Below, one piece after another: positions 9,104 through 20,535 of a stretch of DNA of 32,000 bases; position 1 is the first letter of the stretch; each line of letters starts with the position of its first letter. The notes under the pieces were generated by a model, which saw nothing but the letters and a program-made list of their open reading frames with translations, had not been told where the DNA came from and did not search any database. The position numbers were made by a program, and so were the translations under genes. The stretch is from assembly GCF_000021865.1 (NCBI RefSeq), contig NC_014034.1, positions 30,001-62,000 on the forward strand. Direction: 5' to 3'. This stretch comes from Rhodobacter capsulatus SB 1003 (lineage in GTDB: Bacteria > Pseudomonadota > Alphaproteobacteria > Rhodobacterales > Rhodobacteraceae).

Positions 9104-10203
9104 TTCGCTCCGCCCAGCGCGGTGATCGGCGACAGCACGATCCGCGTGGCATTCTGCACCGACAGCACCACCCCCGCCGCAAGATTGCGCTTGCCGGTCT
9201 GATCGCCTTCGAGGATCTTCACGACCTGCCCGGTCTGCCCCAGAAGCCGGATCAGCGCCGGGTTGTTCGCCACGTTGAAATGGCCATCCGCCGTCGAAAA
9301 CGCCCCGGTGTCGATCATCGTCACCTTGAGGTCGGCCACCCGGCGCAGATCCTGCAACGTGCCAAGCCGGTCCGGTTCCCCCGCGATTTTCGACGACAGC
9401 AGCAAGGCCTTGTCCTTTTTCGAGGTGAAAATGACGAAGGGCTGCGGCAGCTGCCCGATCGTGCGGGCCTGTTCGCGGAACATGTCAACGTCGATATCGG
9501 GCGAAATCAGGATCACCCCCTCCAGCTCGGCCAGCGTGGACCTTTCGCCCGAGAGCGCCATGTCGCGCAGGGTTTCCATGGTGACCGACGACCCCATCGA
9601 ATGCCCGACCAGCAGGATGCGCTTTGCCCCGGCCCGGTGCAGCTCGCGCAGGGTCTCGCGCAGGCCGTCGCGGGCGAAAATCGCGGAATCGCGGTCATAG
9701 GCATAGCCAAGCAGCTGCCCGCGCGAGGGCCAGGCGTAATAGACCAGCGTCTTCGGCAGGTCGAAATCGACGCCCATCTGCGCCAGACGATACAGCCCCT
9801 CGGCAAAGGTGTTGTTGAACCCGTGCACGAAAACGACGGCCTCGCCGCCGCTTTTTTTCAGGCTCTGCCGCAAAGCGGCCTGAAACGCCTCCGCCCCGGG
9901 GTATTTCTGCGATCCCGCCAGAACGAAATCTTTGCGCGGATCGATCTTGCGGCCCTGCAACGGATAGCTCAGCTGCCCCGTGCCGCGATCGGGCGGAACA
10001 GAGACATCGAACCGCGCCCGCTGCAGCGTCTCGCTGCGGCTGTGGCCGAATTCCGCCCCGGTTTCCGGGTCCAGCCCCCGGGTCGAGCCGACAAAGACCG
10101 GCCGGATATCGGCGCTTGGCTCGGGCGTATAGGCGATCTCTCCGCGCGGGGCGCAGCTGATCAGGGCAAGAAAGGCGGCAACGACAAGAAGACGGCTCTG
10201 CAT
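9100..10203 (-). CDS. Alpha/beta hydrolase lipoprotein (DUF900-like)
   Basis: I prefer ATG 10203, giving MQSRLLVVAAFLALISCAPRG with lipobox L-I-S-C. It has the alpha/beta-hydrolase motifs VFVHGFNNTF and the nucleophile elbow LVGHSMGS. It lies only 39 nt downstream of hslU, with no terminator between. The alternative GTG start at 10236 is less likely. Confidence 0.75.
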   Translation of the reverse strand: MQSRLLVVAAFLALISCAPRGEIAYTPEPSADIRPVFVGSTRGLDPETGAEFGHSRSETLQRARFDVSVPPDRGTGQLSYPLQGRKIDPRKDFVLAGSQKYPGAEAFQAALRQSLKKSGGEAVVFVHGFNNTFAEGLYRLAQMGVDFDLPKTLVYYAWPSRGQLLGYAYDRDSAIFARDGLRETLRELHRAGAKRILLVGHSMGSSVTMETLRDMALSGERSTLAELEGVILISPDIDVDMFREQARTIGQLPQPFVIFTSKKDKALLLSSKIAGEPDRLGTLQDLRRVADLKVTMIDTGAFSTADGHFNVANNPALIRLLGQTGQVVKILEGDQTGKRNLAAGVVLSVQNATRIVLSPITALGGAN

Positions 10204-10242
10204 GTCGGGGAGGATAGCACATGCCTCCCCGATCACCAGAGG

Positions 10243-11540
<1,298 letters not shown>

Positions 11541-11544
<4 letters not shown>

Positions 11545-12098
11545 TTCGAGATGCTCTCCACGGTCAGATTGCCGTTGGTGTAAACGCAGATGTCGGCGGC
11601 AATCGCCATCGCCTTGCGGGCAATCGCTTCCGCATCAAGGTCACTGTCCATCAGGGCCCGCGCCGCGGCCAGCGCGTAATTTCCGCCCGAGCCGATCGCC
11701 GTCACGTCATGTTCGGGTTCCAGCACGTCGCCCGCGCCGGTGATGACATAAAGATCGGCGCCATCGGTGACGATCAGCATCGCCTCCAGATTGCGCAGAT
11801 ATTTGTCGGTCCGCCAGTCTTTCGCCAGCTCGACACAGGCGCGGGCCAATTGCCCCGGCGCGGCTTCCAGCTTTTTCTCCAGCCGTTCCAGCAGGGTAAA
11901 GGCATCCGCCGTCGATCCGGCAAAGCCCGCCACCACTTCGCGCCCGCCGGGGCTCAGCCGTCGCACCTTGCGGGCCGTGCCCTTGATCACGGTCTGACCC
12001 AGGCTCACCTGCCCGTCACCGGCCACCACCACGCGGCCACCCTTGCGCACGCCGATGATCGTCGTGCCATGCCAGCCGGGAAATTTCTCGTCGGTCAT
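11541..12098 (-). CDS. hslV: ATP-dependent protease subunit HslV
   Basis: I prefer ATG 12098 ([21 protein letters not shown]...), which has a GGAGGG SD 5-6 nt upstream. The catalytic N-terminal Thr context is GTTI. The track start at 12146 would run into the promoter region. Confidence 0.93.
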
Positions 12099-12118
12099 CT
12101 TGCCCTCCGTTTGCGCAG

Positions 12119-12147
12119 ATATGTGCGGCGCCGACACGGCTTGCAAG
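12119..12147 (-). promoter_or_regulatory. Candidate sigma-32 (RpoH) type heat-shock promoter for hslVU
   Basis: The minus strand reads CTTGCAA (12147-12141), a 14-nt spacer, then GCACATAT (12126-12119). The E. coli sigma-32 consensus is CTTGAAA-N13-15-CCCCATNT. This gives 6/7 in the -35 and the C-CAT-T core in the -10. It is placed between the trxA terminator and the hslV SD. Confidence 0.5.
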
Positions 12148-12163
12148 ATGACGGATTGCGCGC

Positions 12164-12191
12164 ATGCAAAAGGGCGCCCGAAGGCGCCCTT
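12164..12191 (-). terminator. Rho-independent terminator downstream of trxA
   Basis: Perfect 9-bp stem: AAGGGCGCC (12170-12178) pairs with GGCGCCCTT (12183-12191) around a 4-nt loop. On the minus strand the stem runs into UUUUGCAU. Confidence 0.8.
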
Positions 12192-12209
12192 GCGGTTGCT
12201 TGGCGGCGA

Positions 12210-12530
12210 TCAGAGCGAGGCTTCGATCCAGGCCTGCAGCGCGGCTTTCGGCGCGGCCCCGACCTTGTTCGAAACGACCTGACCGTCCTTGAACAGGAAC
12301 AGCGCCGGGATCCCGCGCACGCCCAGCGCCGCCGGGCTGTCGGGGTTTTCGTCGACATTGACCTTGACGATCTTCACCTTGCCGGCCAGCTCGGTCGACA
12401 GGTCTTCCAGCGACGGGCCGATCATCTTGCAGGGGCCACACCATTCCGCCCAGAAATCGACGACGACGGGCAGGTCGGATTGGCGCACTTCGGCGTCGAA
12501 GGTGGCATCGGTGACGGCGACGGTAGCCAT
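12210..12530 (-). CDS. trxA: Thioredoxin
   Basis: 106 aa with the active site WAEWCGPCK and a standard TrxA fold sequence. A GGAGAA SD lies upstream of ATG 12530. Confidence 0.95.
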   Translation of the reverse strand: MATVAVTDATFDAEVRQSDLPVVVDFWAEWCGPCKMIGPSLEDLSTELAGKVKIVKVNVDENPDSPAALGVRGIPALFLFKDGQVVSNKVGAAPKAALQAWIEASL

Positions 12531-12582
12531 GGGATTCTCCAGATTGAGGGTTGGGGGAAGCTAGGTCTGCCCCGGCCGCGCG

Positions 12583-15500
12583 TCAAGATGCTGTGGCGGA
12601 AAGCAGGGCTTCCTCCAACAGGGTGTCACCCAACGGCATGACCGCGCCGGTCTCGGTCCAAAGCAGGAAGCATTCGACCGCCCGCCCCGGATAGATCTGC
12701 CGCAGCGCCGCGCGATAGGCCGCCATCTGCCGGACCAGCCCCAGCGGCACCTCGGCCGCGGTGTTCGGCACGATGGCATTCGATTTGTAATCCAGCACCC
12801 GGATGCGGTCGGGCCCGATCTGCAGCCGGTCGATGATCCCGTGCAGCCGCTGCCCGCCCAGCTCCGGCAGCTCGGCGGTCAGCTCCACCTCGGCCAGGGT
12901 GTCGGGGCCAAGGAAACCGGCCTTTTCGACCGCCGTCAGCACCTGAAGCGCCCGGGTCAGCAGCGCCTCGATCTCATCGGGAAAGGCTCTGTCATTGCCG
13001 AACCCCAGCAGCGACTGCGCCAGATCGGGCCAGGTTTCCGACGGCGCCTGCGGCAGATGTTCCAGCAGCAGATGCAGGCGCCGCCCGCGCAGCATCGCCG
13101 CTTCGGTCGAAAGCTCCGCCGTCTCTCCGGGCAGAGCCTTCGGCCCGCCCAGATCCGACGCCGAGAGCGCCTTGGCGGTTTTGTGCACAGGAAGAACCCG
13201 CTCCCGCGCCCAATTCGGCAGCGCGATCCGCACCACCTCGGCCGCGCCGACCGGCGTGCCATTTTCAGGCCAGTCGCCATGCGAGAACCGCAAGACCGGA
13301 CCCAGCGCCTGCAAGGGTTCAGAAAGCGCCGAAACCGTCTCTGTTCCGGCCGATTTCATCCCGCCGGAGACCAGCGCATGCCAGCTTTCGGCACCCTCCT
13401 CCTCGTCACCCGCGGTGGCGACGATCAGCCATTTCTCCGCCCGGGTCATCGCCACATAAAGCAGCCGCAGACGTTCGTGCCTTTGCCGTTCCAGAACCTC
13501 GGCCTGCGCCTGCGCCAGCACGGGCGGCAGCGTCGCCGCGGCAGATTTCCAGAACGGGATGCCCTCGGCCAGCAGCAGCTCGCCGCGCTGCGAATTGCGC
13601 AGCTTCGCCGTGTCGGGCAGGATCACGATCGGCGCCTCGACCCCCTTCGACCCATGCACCGTCATCACCCGCAGCGCGGTCCCCGCACTGTCGGACTGCC
13701 GCTTGATCTCGATCTCGTCGGCACCAAGCCAGACCAGAAAGCCGGTCAGGCTGGGCACTTCGGTCTGTTCATAGGCCAAAGCCTGGGCGATCAGCGCGTC
13801 GATCCCCTCCTCGGCCTCGGCGCCAAGGCGGGCCACCAGCCGCTTGCGGCCCTCGTGCCGGGTCAGAAGCCGCTCGATCAGATCATAGGGCCGCAGGAAA
13901 TCCGACCGATCCAGAAGATCGCGCAGAACGGTCAGCGTCGCCTCGTCGCCCGCCTCGCGCAGCGCGGCCCAAAGATAGCCCTTGCGCGGCTGCGCCAGCC
14001 GGAAAAGCTGGTCCTCGCTCCAGCCAAACAGTGGCGATCGCAGCGCCTCGGCCAGCGACAGATCATCCTCGGGCGTGGCCAGAAAGGCCAGAACAGAGAC
14101 GATATCCTTGACCGCAAGCTCGCCGCCAAGCTTGAGCCGATCCGCCCCCGCAACCTCCAGCCCCTGCGCCTTGCAGGCCAGAATGATCTCGTAAAACAGC
14201 CCGGACCGGCGTTGCACGAGGATCAGGAAATCCCCGGCAGTGACCGGCCGCGGCCCCTCGCGCCCCGGAAGCTGCACCCCGGCATCCACCATCGCGCGGA
14301 TCTCGGCGGCAATCGCCCGAGCCAGCACGACGGGCGCGGTATCGGCGCCGGGCCGATCGACGGGGTCGTCCCACTCCTCCGGCTCGGTCTTGTCGGGTTT
14401 CGGCACCACGGGCCAAAGATCGACTCGGCCCGGAAGTTTGTCGTGAAAGGCAAGATGTTCCGGGGCACCGCCCAGCGCCAGCGCGGGATCGCCGCGGAAG
14501 GTCAGATCGACCAGACGCAGGATCGCCAGCGACGAGCGGAAGGAATGCAGCAGGGCGGCATCCTGAAGCGGGCGCGAAATCGCCGCGAATTTTGCGGAAA
14601 ACAGGCTCTTCATCGCCTCGAAATGGGTCAGGTCGGCGCCCTGAAAGGAATAGATCGACTGCTTCCGGTCGCCGACGACAAAGATCGTGCGACGGCTGTC
14701 CCGGGCCCCGTCGCCCGAGGTGAATTCATCGGCCAGCCGCTCGATCACCCGCCACTGCCCGGGCGAGGTGTCCTGCGCCTCATCGACCAGAATGTGATCG
14801 ATGCCGCCATCCAGCCGGAACAGCACCCATTGCGCAACCGAAGGGTCGGACAGAAGCGCCCCGGCCCGCTCGATCAGGTCGTCGAAATCCAGCCAGCCCC
14901 CCTGCGCCTTCTTCAGGGCCAGAGCGGGCAGCAGCACCCGGGCGAAATCATGCAGCGCAAGGGTCCGGTTCAGCGTCGCAAGGGCGTTTTCCTGCTCCCG
15001 CGCCCAGCGCACGCGCTCGGCCAGGTCAAGGACATCCTCGGCAAGATCGGGACCGAAAGCCTCGATGGCGCCTTTGGTCAGAAACCTGGAGGAGACGCGG
15101 CTGCCGTCCTTGACGAGACAAAGATCGGCAAGACGCGCCAGATCCGCGGGCCCGGGGGCCAGCAGATCAAGCAGCGAAAGCTGCGCCGCCAAGGTTTTCA
15201 TCGTCGCCGATTGCGTCTTCAACAGCGGAATCGCCGCGGCAATCACCCGATCGGTGCCGGGCAGAAAGACCGCATCGGGCAGGGTTTCAGGACGCAGATC
15301 CGGGGCCAACCCCAGCACCTTGCGCAGATCCGCCTCGGTCAGGCGATGCGAAAAAGCGTCTCTGTCATGGCTGATTTCGGCGATCATCCCGGTCAGATCG
15401 GCCCCGGTGAAGGCCTGCAGGAAGAGGTCCAGAACCGGCCGGTCCGGACCCGAGGCGATCTCTTCCAGAACCTCCTCGCGCATCCGTGCGGCGGTGCGGT

Positions 15501-15948
15501 CGTCGATTTCGGCAAATCCGTGCGAAACTCCGGCTTCCAGCGGAAACCGGCGCAACAAGGCGCCGCAAAAGGCATGGATGGTCTGGATCTTCAACCCGCC
15601 CGGGGTCTCGATCGCCTGGGCGAAAAGCCGCCGTGCCCGGGCAAGGCTTTCCGCATCGAGCGGCCCGCACTCGCCCAAAGCCGCAAGCTGCGCCCGCAGA
15701 TCGGCATCGGGCAGCATCGCCCAATCGCCCAGACGCTTCAGAAGCCGGTTTTGCATCTCGGCCGCGGCGGCCTTGGTATAGGTCAGGCACAGCACTTTTT
15801 GCGGCTCTGTTCCGGCCAAAAGCAGCCGTGCGACGCGGTCGGTCAGCACCTTGGTCTTGCCCGATCCGGCATTGGCGGCCAGCCAGGTCGAGGCCGCAGG
15901 ATCGGCGGCCTGAACCTGCCGTTCGCTGGCGGGATTGCGCTGGGTCAT
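12583..15948 (-). CDS. addA: Double-strand break repair helicase-nuclease AddA (alphaproteobacterial type)
   Basis: I prefer ATG 15948 (MTQRNPASERQ...), which forms an ATGA overlap with the addB stop. It has UvrD-type helicase motif I (ANAGSGKTKVLT) and a C-terminal RecB-type nuclease motif (RVLDYKSN). Length is about 1120 aa. Confidence 0.9.
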   Translation of the reverse strand: MTQRNPASERQVQAADPAASTWLAANAGSGKTKVLTDRVARLLLAGTEPQKVLCLTYTKAAAAEMQNRLLKRLGDWAMLPDADLRAQLAALGECGPLDAESLARARRLFAQAIETPGGLKIQTIHAFCGALLRRFPLEAGVSHGFAEIDDRTAARMREEVLEEIASGPDRPVLDLFLQAFTGADLTGMIAEISHDRDAFSHRLTEADLRKVLGLAPDLRPETLPDAVFLPGTDRVIAAAIPLLKTQSATMKTLAAQLSLLDLLAPGPADLARLADLCLVKDGSRVSSRFLTKGAIEAFGPDLAEDVLDLAERVRWAREQENALATLNRTLALHDFARVLLPALALKKAQGGWLDFDDLIERAGALLSDPSVAQWVLFRLDGGIDHILVDEAQDTSPGQWRVIERLADEFTSGDGARDSRRTIFVVGDRKQSIYSFQGADLTHFEAMKSLFSAKFAAISRPLQDAALLHSFRSSLAILRLVDLTFRGDPALALGGAPEHLAFHDKLPGRVDLWPVVPKPDKTEPEEWDDPVDRPGADTAPVVLARAIAAEIRAMVDAGVQLPGREGPRPVTAGDFLILVQRRSGLFYEIILACKAQGLEVAGADRLKLGGELAVKDIVSVLAFLATPEDDLSLAEALRSPLFGWSEDQLFRLAQPRKGYLWAALREAGDEATLTVLRDLLDRSDFLRPYDLIERLLTRHEGRKRLVARLGAEAEEGIDALIAQALAYEQTEVPSLTGFLVWLGADEIEIKRQSDSAGTALRVMTVHGSKGVEAPIVILPDTAKLRNSQRGELLLAEGIPFWKSAAATLPPVLAQAQAEVLERQRHERLRLLYVAMTRAEKWLIVATAGDEEEGAESWHALVSGGMKSAGTETVSALSEPLQALGPVLRFSHGDWPENGTPVGAAEVVRIALPNWARERVLPVHKTAKALSASDLGGPKALPGETAELSTEAAMLRGRRLHLLLEHLPQAPSETWPDLAQSLLGFGNDRAFPDEIEALLTRALQVLTAVEKAGFLGPDTLAEVELTAELPELGGQRLHGIIDRLQIGPDRIRVLDYKSNAIVPNTAAEVPLGLVRQMAAYRAALRQIYPGRAVECFLLWTETGAVMPLGDTLLEEALLSATAS

Positions 15949-18878
15949 CCGACATCCTCCGGGACCGGCAGATCGGTGATGTCCCATTCGCCGAAACGGG
16001 ACAGGTGGTCATAATCCCCGATGTCGCGGCTCATCTGCATCGCGCGGCGCGCGGCGAAGCCCTGCGACCTGGCAAGATAGCGCGCGATGAGCTCCTGCAA
16101 CCGGGTCCAGGTCTGCGCGACATCCTCGCGACCCAGGGCCAGCATCCGGCATTCGCCACTGCCGCCCAGATGCACATAGCTCATCCCCGCCACCTGCCGC
16201 GGCCCGATCTGCGCAAAGGCGCCGCGTTCGATCATCGCCGCCTCCAGCAACAGCTGCTTGTCGAAATGCCGGACCTCGGCCTCTTTCGGGGGGGTGCCGG
16301 ATTTGTAATCGTAAACAAGCGCCGTGCCGTCATGCTGCAGATCGATGCGATCGGGTCGTGCCGTCAAGGTGAACCCCGTCGGGCCAAGTTCGATCGACGC
16401 CGAGGTCTCGATCACCGCCGGCGTCGCTTCCGCGCGCCGTTGCGCTTCCTGTGCCACCAGCTGCGGCGCGATCCTGAGCAGACGATGCAGCCAGAGCCGC
16501 TGCGTCGAAGGCCAGGGGATCATTTCCTGCAACACCGTCTCGGCAAGCTCCGAGAGGTGTTTTTGGCCGGAATCGAGACTGTTTTTCGGATCGAAGCCGG
16601 TGACGAACAGCTCGACGACACGGTGCAGGGCCTCGCCGCGCAGACGCGGGTTCGGGCCGGGTTTCAGCGGATCGAGCGGCCGCAGCCGCAGGATTCGCGC
16701 CGCATAGATCGCATAGGGATCGCGGATCAGCGTCTTTATTGCGGTCACCGGAAGCTGGCGCGGACGCGCCTCGGCCGGGGGGCGCGGCGCAGGCCGGGGG
16801 GCGGGCGCAAGCCGCTCCTGCGGCAGATCAAGCTGAGAGGCGAGGTCGAGAAACCGCGCTCCCCGCGCCCGCATCTGCGCCAGCGCCTCGGGGCCCTGCG
16901 CCGCGGTCAGGCCCCCCGCAAGATTGAGCAGCCGGTTCAACCAGCGCGAGGGCACCGTTTCCGCCTCGCTGTCACGACGCGCCCGCGACAGCACGACTTC
17001 GGGTGCCGCAATCGCCTGCTGGAAGTCATGCGCGGACAGGCCGATCTGCCGTTCCGGCAACAACAGACCCGCATCCAGCCGCATCTTCCGGCTGAGCCAG
17101 GGATCGGGCGACGGCGCCTCGGGCCAGCTTTTTTCATTCAGACCGGCCAGAACGACCAGCTCGGCCCCATGCGCCCGCGCCTCGAGCGTGCCAAGGAACG
17201 TCACAAGCGGATGCGCCGCGAGGGTCGAGCGCACCTGACCCTCGTTCAGCAGCGTGTCGATCAGATCGGCGAAATTCGCGGCACTCACCGTGAGGCCGGT
17301 TTCGTCCTGCGCGGCCAGATCCGAGAGGGTTCGAAACGCCGCCTGACCGGCTTCGCCCAACCAGAGTTCACTCGCGGCAACGCTGCCGCCCGGCCCGGCG
17401 GCAAAGCCGTCCAGAAGCGCTGAAAGCGTCTCCAACCAGGCTGAAACCGGATGATTTCCGCCGGCAGGCACCGCGTCGATCAGGGCCGCCAGCCAATCGG
17501 ACCAGTGCTGACGCTCGGGATCTGCGGTGCCGCCCCAGTCCCGCAAGGCCTCGGCATCGGGAAAGGCGGGGCCCTTGCGGCGCAGCGACAATTCGAATTC
17601 GCGCGTCAGCCGCAGATGCGCTCCGCGCAGGGCCGATCCCGTCGCCACCAAAGGATGCTTGAGGATGACAAGCAGGCTCTCCATCGGGATCTTGCGCCCG
17701 GGCAGGCGTGCAAGATGCCGGATCAGACGGCCGGGTGCAGTCAGTGGCAGCGGTTGACCGGCGGAATCGTCCGGCAGAATCGACCAGCGGTCCAAGGCCG
17801 CCGCAACGCGACGGGTCAACATGCGGTCCGGGCTGATCAGCGCCGCCTTTTTGCCCCGGAACACCGCTTCCCGCAGAACCAGCGCGATCGCCAGCGATTC
17901 CTGCCGCGGATCGGTGGCCTCGATCAATGTCACATTCGCGCAAGCGGCGGGCAGATCGGCAAGGGCCTGACCCTCGCGCATCCATTGATCCGTGACCGGC
18001 GCGGGCCGCAGCGCCAGCGAGACCAGCGCATTGCGCCCGGGCGCCTCCGGCAGTGTTTCGGTCCAGCGGGCCACCTGCGCGGGCGACAGAGTCAGCCCAT
18101 CGAGCAGGGCGCGAAAGCGGAATTGCGGGTGATCTTCGATCGGAATCGGGCCGGAACAGAGACTGGCCCAGGCGGGTTCCGGCATGTCGAAATCGAAGCC
18201 CGGCAGGACCAGAGCCCCCCGCGGCAAAGCGGCGACGGCCTGCATCAGAAGCCGCGTCGCCCCGCGCGAGCCGGTGGAGCCCGCAAGGATGATGCGCTCC
18301 TGCGGCGGGCGGTCCGCCCAGGTCCGTGCCATCGTCTCGACGACACGCCTTTGCCGCCCCTCGGCGTCGAGGTCGGTCTCGAAATACCGCGACACGATGC
18401 GGATGAAGGCCAGGCTTTGCCGCCAATGTTCCGCATGCGAGGCCTGAATGTCGAGACGCTCGAAAACCTCGGGATGCACGCCTTCGCTTTGCATCTCAGC
18501 GAGCAGCGCCAGCAGGCTGTCGGTCAGGCTGAAGACGCCCGATCCGGTCTCGAATCCCGGCAGCCCCCGGGCGAGACGGTCCACCAGACAGGCCAGTTCC
18601 AGCTTGCGGCGCAGCGCGGGGACCGGCGCGGGCAGACCGGGCATCGGCACCCGGGCCAGATCCGAAATCAGCTCGATCCGCGGTAGAAAGCGGGTGCCCA
18701 GACCGTCGAATTCCTCGCGGACACGTCGGCTCATCCGCCCGGCGTTGAGGATCAGGCGAACCCGGGCCATCGCCTCGGGCGGCTCGTCCCGCATCCGCTG
18801 GACCAGCCCCTGCACCAGCTCCCGGGCGAAATCGACGCCGGGCGGCAGGGCGAAGACCTGCGGGTCAGCGGGCGGCAT
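15945..18878 (-). CDS. addB: Double-strand break repair protein AddB (alphaproteobacterial type)
   Basis: I prefer ATG 18878 (MPPADPQVFALPPGVDF...), which overlaps the upstream murU-like gene by 14 nt. It has a degenerate P-loop (LAGSTGSRGATR) and a C-terminal PD-(D/E)XK/RecB-like motif (LVYDYKSGTPP). I see no cysteine cluster in the C-terminal region. Confidence 0.85.
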   Translation of the reverse strand: MPPADPQVFALPPGVDFARELVQGLVQRMRDEPPEAMARVRLILNAGRMSRRVREEFDGLGTRFLPRIELISDLARVPMPGLPAPVPALRRKLELACLVDRLARGLPGFETGSGVFSLTDSLLALLAEMQSEGVHPEVFERLDIQASHAEHWRQSLAFIRIVSRYFETDLDAEGRQRRVVETMARTWADRPPQERIILAGSTGSRGATRLLMQAVAALPRGALVLPGFDFDMPEPAWASLCSGPIPIEDHPQFRFRALLDGLTLSPAQVARWTETLPEAPGRNALVSLALRPAPVTDQWMREGQALADLPAACANVTLIEATDPRQESLAIALVLREAVFRGKKAALISPDRMLTRRVAAALDRWSILPDDSAGQPLPLTAPGRLIRHLARLPGRKIPMESLLVILKHPLVATGSALRGAHLRLTREFELSLRRKGPAFPDAEALRDWGGTADPERQHWSDWLAALIDAVPAGGNHPVSAWLETLSALLDGFAAGPGGSVAASELWLGEAGQAAFRTLSDLAAQDETGLTVSAANFADLIDTLLNEGQVRSTLAAHPLVTFLGTLEARAHGAELVVLAGLNEKSWPEAPSPDPWLSRKMRLDAGLLLPERQIGLSAHDFQQAIAAPEVVLSRARRDSEAETVPSRWLNRLLNLAGGLTAAQGPEALAQMRARGARFLDLASQLDLPQERLAPAPRPAPRPPAEARPRQLPVTAIKTLIRDPYAIYAARILRLRPLDPLKPGPNPRLRGEALHRVVELFVTGFDPKNSLDSGQKHLSELAETVLQEMIPWPSTQRLWLHRLLRIAPQLVAQEAQRRAEATPAVIETSASIELGPTGFTLTARPDRIDLQHDGTALVYDYKSGTPPKEAEVRHFDKQLLLEAAMIERGAFAQIGPRQVAGMSYVHLGGSGECRMLALGREDVAQTWTRLQELIARYLARSQGFAARRAMQMSRDIGDYDHLSRFGEWDITDLPVPEDVG

Positions 18879-19557
18879 CGGACAACAGCCCCTCTGCCAG
18901 CGAAATGCATTCGGGTCGACCGACGTCACACCAGCCGCCGGGATGGACGACACCATAGGCACTCCCTTCGGCCAGGATCCGGTTCCAAAGCAGATTGAGC
19001 GAGAAAACCGGGTCCGGAATCGTCTCTATTCCGGCCGGATCGAGGATTTGCGCCCCGGTATAAACATAGCCCGTTCCGCGACGGATCCGGCCATCGGGCG
19101 CCAGCGCGAAATCCCCGGCGCCGGTATAACCCAGCGCCGCCTCGCGCGGGACCAGCGCCAGAAGAGCGGACATCCGACCGCCGTCCCAAGCCTGAGACAG
19201 GGACGTGAGCACATTCGGACCGGTCCAGACCGCATCGGTGTTGAGCGTGAAGACCGGCCCGGGACCAAGAAGCGGCAGGGCCTTGCGCAATCCGCCGCCG
19301 GTTTCCAGAAGAAGATCGGTTTCATCGGACACCAGAACCCCGGTTCCGGCCAGATGCGTCAGGATCTGATCGGCGTGATAATGCACATTCGCGACGATGC
19401 GACCGATCCCCGCCGTCCGCGGCAGATCAAGCGCATGGTCAAGCAGCGGCCTGCCTGCCACTTCCAGCAGCGGTTTCGGCCGGTGCAGGGTCAATTCCTT
19501 CATCCGCGTGCCAAGACCGGCCGCGAAAAGCATCAGCGCATCGGGTGTTGACCGCAT
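18865..19557 (-). CDS. Nucleotidyltransferase, MurU-like (N-acetylmuramate-1-phosphate uridylyltransferase family)
   Basis: It has the sugar-nucleotidyltransferase signature LFAAGLGTRMKELT near the N-terminus and is paired with an AmgK-like kinase gene. The start is ambiguous. ATG 19557 overlaps the upstream gene by 25 nt, while ATG 19533 makes a TGATG junction with it. Confidence 0.7.
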   Translation of the reverse strand: MRSTPDALMLFAAGLGTRMKELTLHRPKPLLEVAGRPLLDHALDLPRTAGIGRIVANVHYHADQILTHLAGTGVLVSDETDLLLETGGGLRKALPLLGPGPVFTLNTDAVWTGPNVLTSLSQAWDGGRMSALLALVPREAALGYTGAGDFALAPDGRIRRGTGYVYTGAQILDPAGIETIPDPVFSLNLLWNRILAEGSAYGVVHPGGWCDVGRPECISLAEGLLSDAAR

Positions 19558-20534
19558 TGCCGTCTCATCCTTTCGAGCAGTGCCGCATCGGGCGGCAGCA
19601 GCGCTTGTGTCACCAGCGCGCGCAGCGGTGCAAGAGCCTCGTGGCCAAGATCGCGGTGCAGTTGGCCCCAGACCCGCGGGATCAGATCGACATAGCCGGG
19701 CTTTCCGCCCGCCAGACAGAGACGCGCGAAAATGCCGAGGATGCGCAGCGCCCGTTGCGCGCCGATCAGGGCAAAGGCGCGCTCAAGCTCCGCCAGATCC
19801 AGCCCGCCTGCGCTGGCATAGCGGCGAAGTTCGGCCGCAAGGACGGCGGGCGCCACATCGCGGCGGGCGTCTTGCAGGGCCGAAACCAGATCGTAGACCG
19901 GATGGGTGGCCACCGCGTCCTGAAAATCAAGCAGTCCCAGGCGGGCGACACCGCTGCGGTCGGGCAGCCAGATCACGTTTTCGGCGTGAAAATCGCGCAG
20001 GGACAGAACCGGCGGCAGGGGCGCAAGACCCTCGCAAAGCCGGGTGACAAGGGGCGCGATCGCCTCGGCGGCGGCGGGGTCGCGCAGCGGATACCAGTCG
20101 CGGGCCAGCGACACGAGCGCGCCAAGCCCCGTCGCATCGAGGCGGGGAACGAAGTCGGGCGGCGGCCGACGGTGCAGATCAAGCAGGAAATCGGTGATCA
20201 CGGCGTAATGCGCCGCCTCGCTTGCGGGATCTTGCCGCAGCAGCCGGGCCAACTGGTCGTCGCCGAAATCCTCGAGCAGCATCAGCCCGGTCTCGGTGTC
20301 GATACCGAAAATCCGCGGCGCGGAATAGCCCTGCGCCAGCAGCCAGGCATCGATGCGCTGAAACCGTGTCATCTCCGCGCCCGGGGGGGCGATCATCAGA
20401 ACGGCGGTGTCGCCCTTGCGATGCAGCCGTTCATACCGGCGGGCAGAGGCATCCCCGGCCAGGGGGCGGCGCCTGGCCCCGGCCCAGCCGCAACGGCTCA
20501 GGAAGGTAAGGATGTCGGGTTCGGTCGCGGCCAT
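19533..20534 (-). CDS. Aminoglycoside-phosphotransferase-fold kinase, AmgK-like (anomeric MurNAc/GlcNAc kinase family)
   Basis: I prefer ATG 20534 (MAATEPDILTFL...), 1 nt after the tsaE stop. APH-fold motifs are RRYERL, the catalytic loop LRDFHAENVIWL and GLLDFQDA. The specific function is inferred from family membership and the pairing with the murU-like gene. Confidence 0.7.
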   Translation of the reverse strand: MAATEPDILTFLSRCGWAGARRRPLAGDASARRYERLHRKGDTAVLMIAPPGAEMTRFQRIDAWLLAQGYSAPRIFGIDTETGLMLLEDFGDDQLARLLRQDPASEAAHYAVITDFLLDLHRRPPPDFVPRLDATGLGALVSLARDWYPLRDPAAAEAIAPLVTRLCEGLAPLPPVLSLRDFHAENVIWLPDRSGVARLGLLDFQDAVATHPVYDLVSALQDARRDVAPAVLAAELRRYASAGGLDLAELERAFALIGAQRALRILGIFARLCLAGGKPGYVDLIPRVWGQLHRDLGHEALAPLRALVTQALLPPDAALLERMRRQCGQHPMR

Positions 20535-20535
20535 C

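Noticed and set aside
9852-9858. Homopolymeric T7/A7 tracts inside coding regions (9852-9858 in the hydrolase gene; 26205-26211 in hvrB), unusual in GC-rich DNA; considered as slippage or phase-variation sites
   Set aside because: Both simply encode Lys-Lys (AAA AAA plus an adjacent A). Both reading frames are intact. Seven nucleotides is short for phase variation. Neither is in the X-XXY-YYZ register with a downstream structure needed for programmed frameshifting.
12095-12109. Identical 15-nt string TCATCTTGCCCTCCG at the hslV start (12095-12109) and the crotonase start (30151-30165), considered as a dispersed repeat or shared regulatory element
   Set aside because: On the coding strand it is just CGGAGGGCAAGATGA, a strong SD plus spacer plus ATG. 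Identity does not extend beyond it on either side. Coincident optimal initiation contexts are the most likely explanation.
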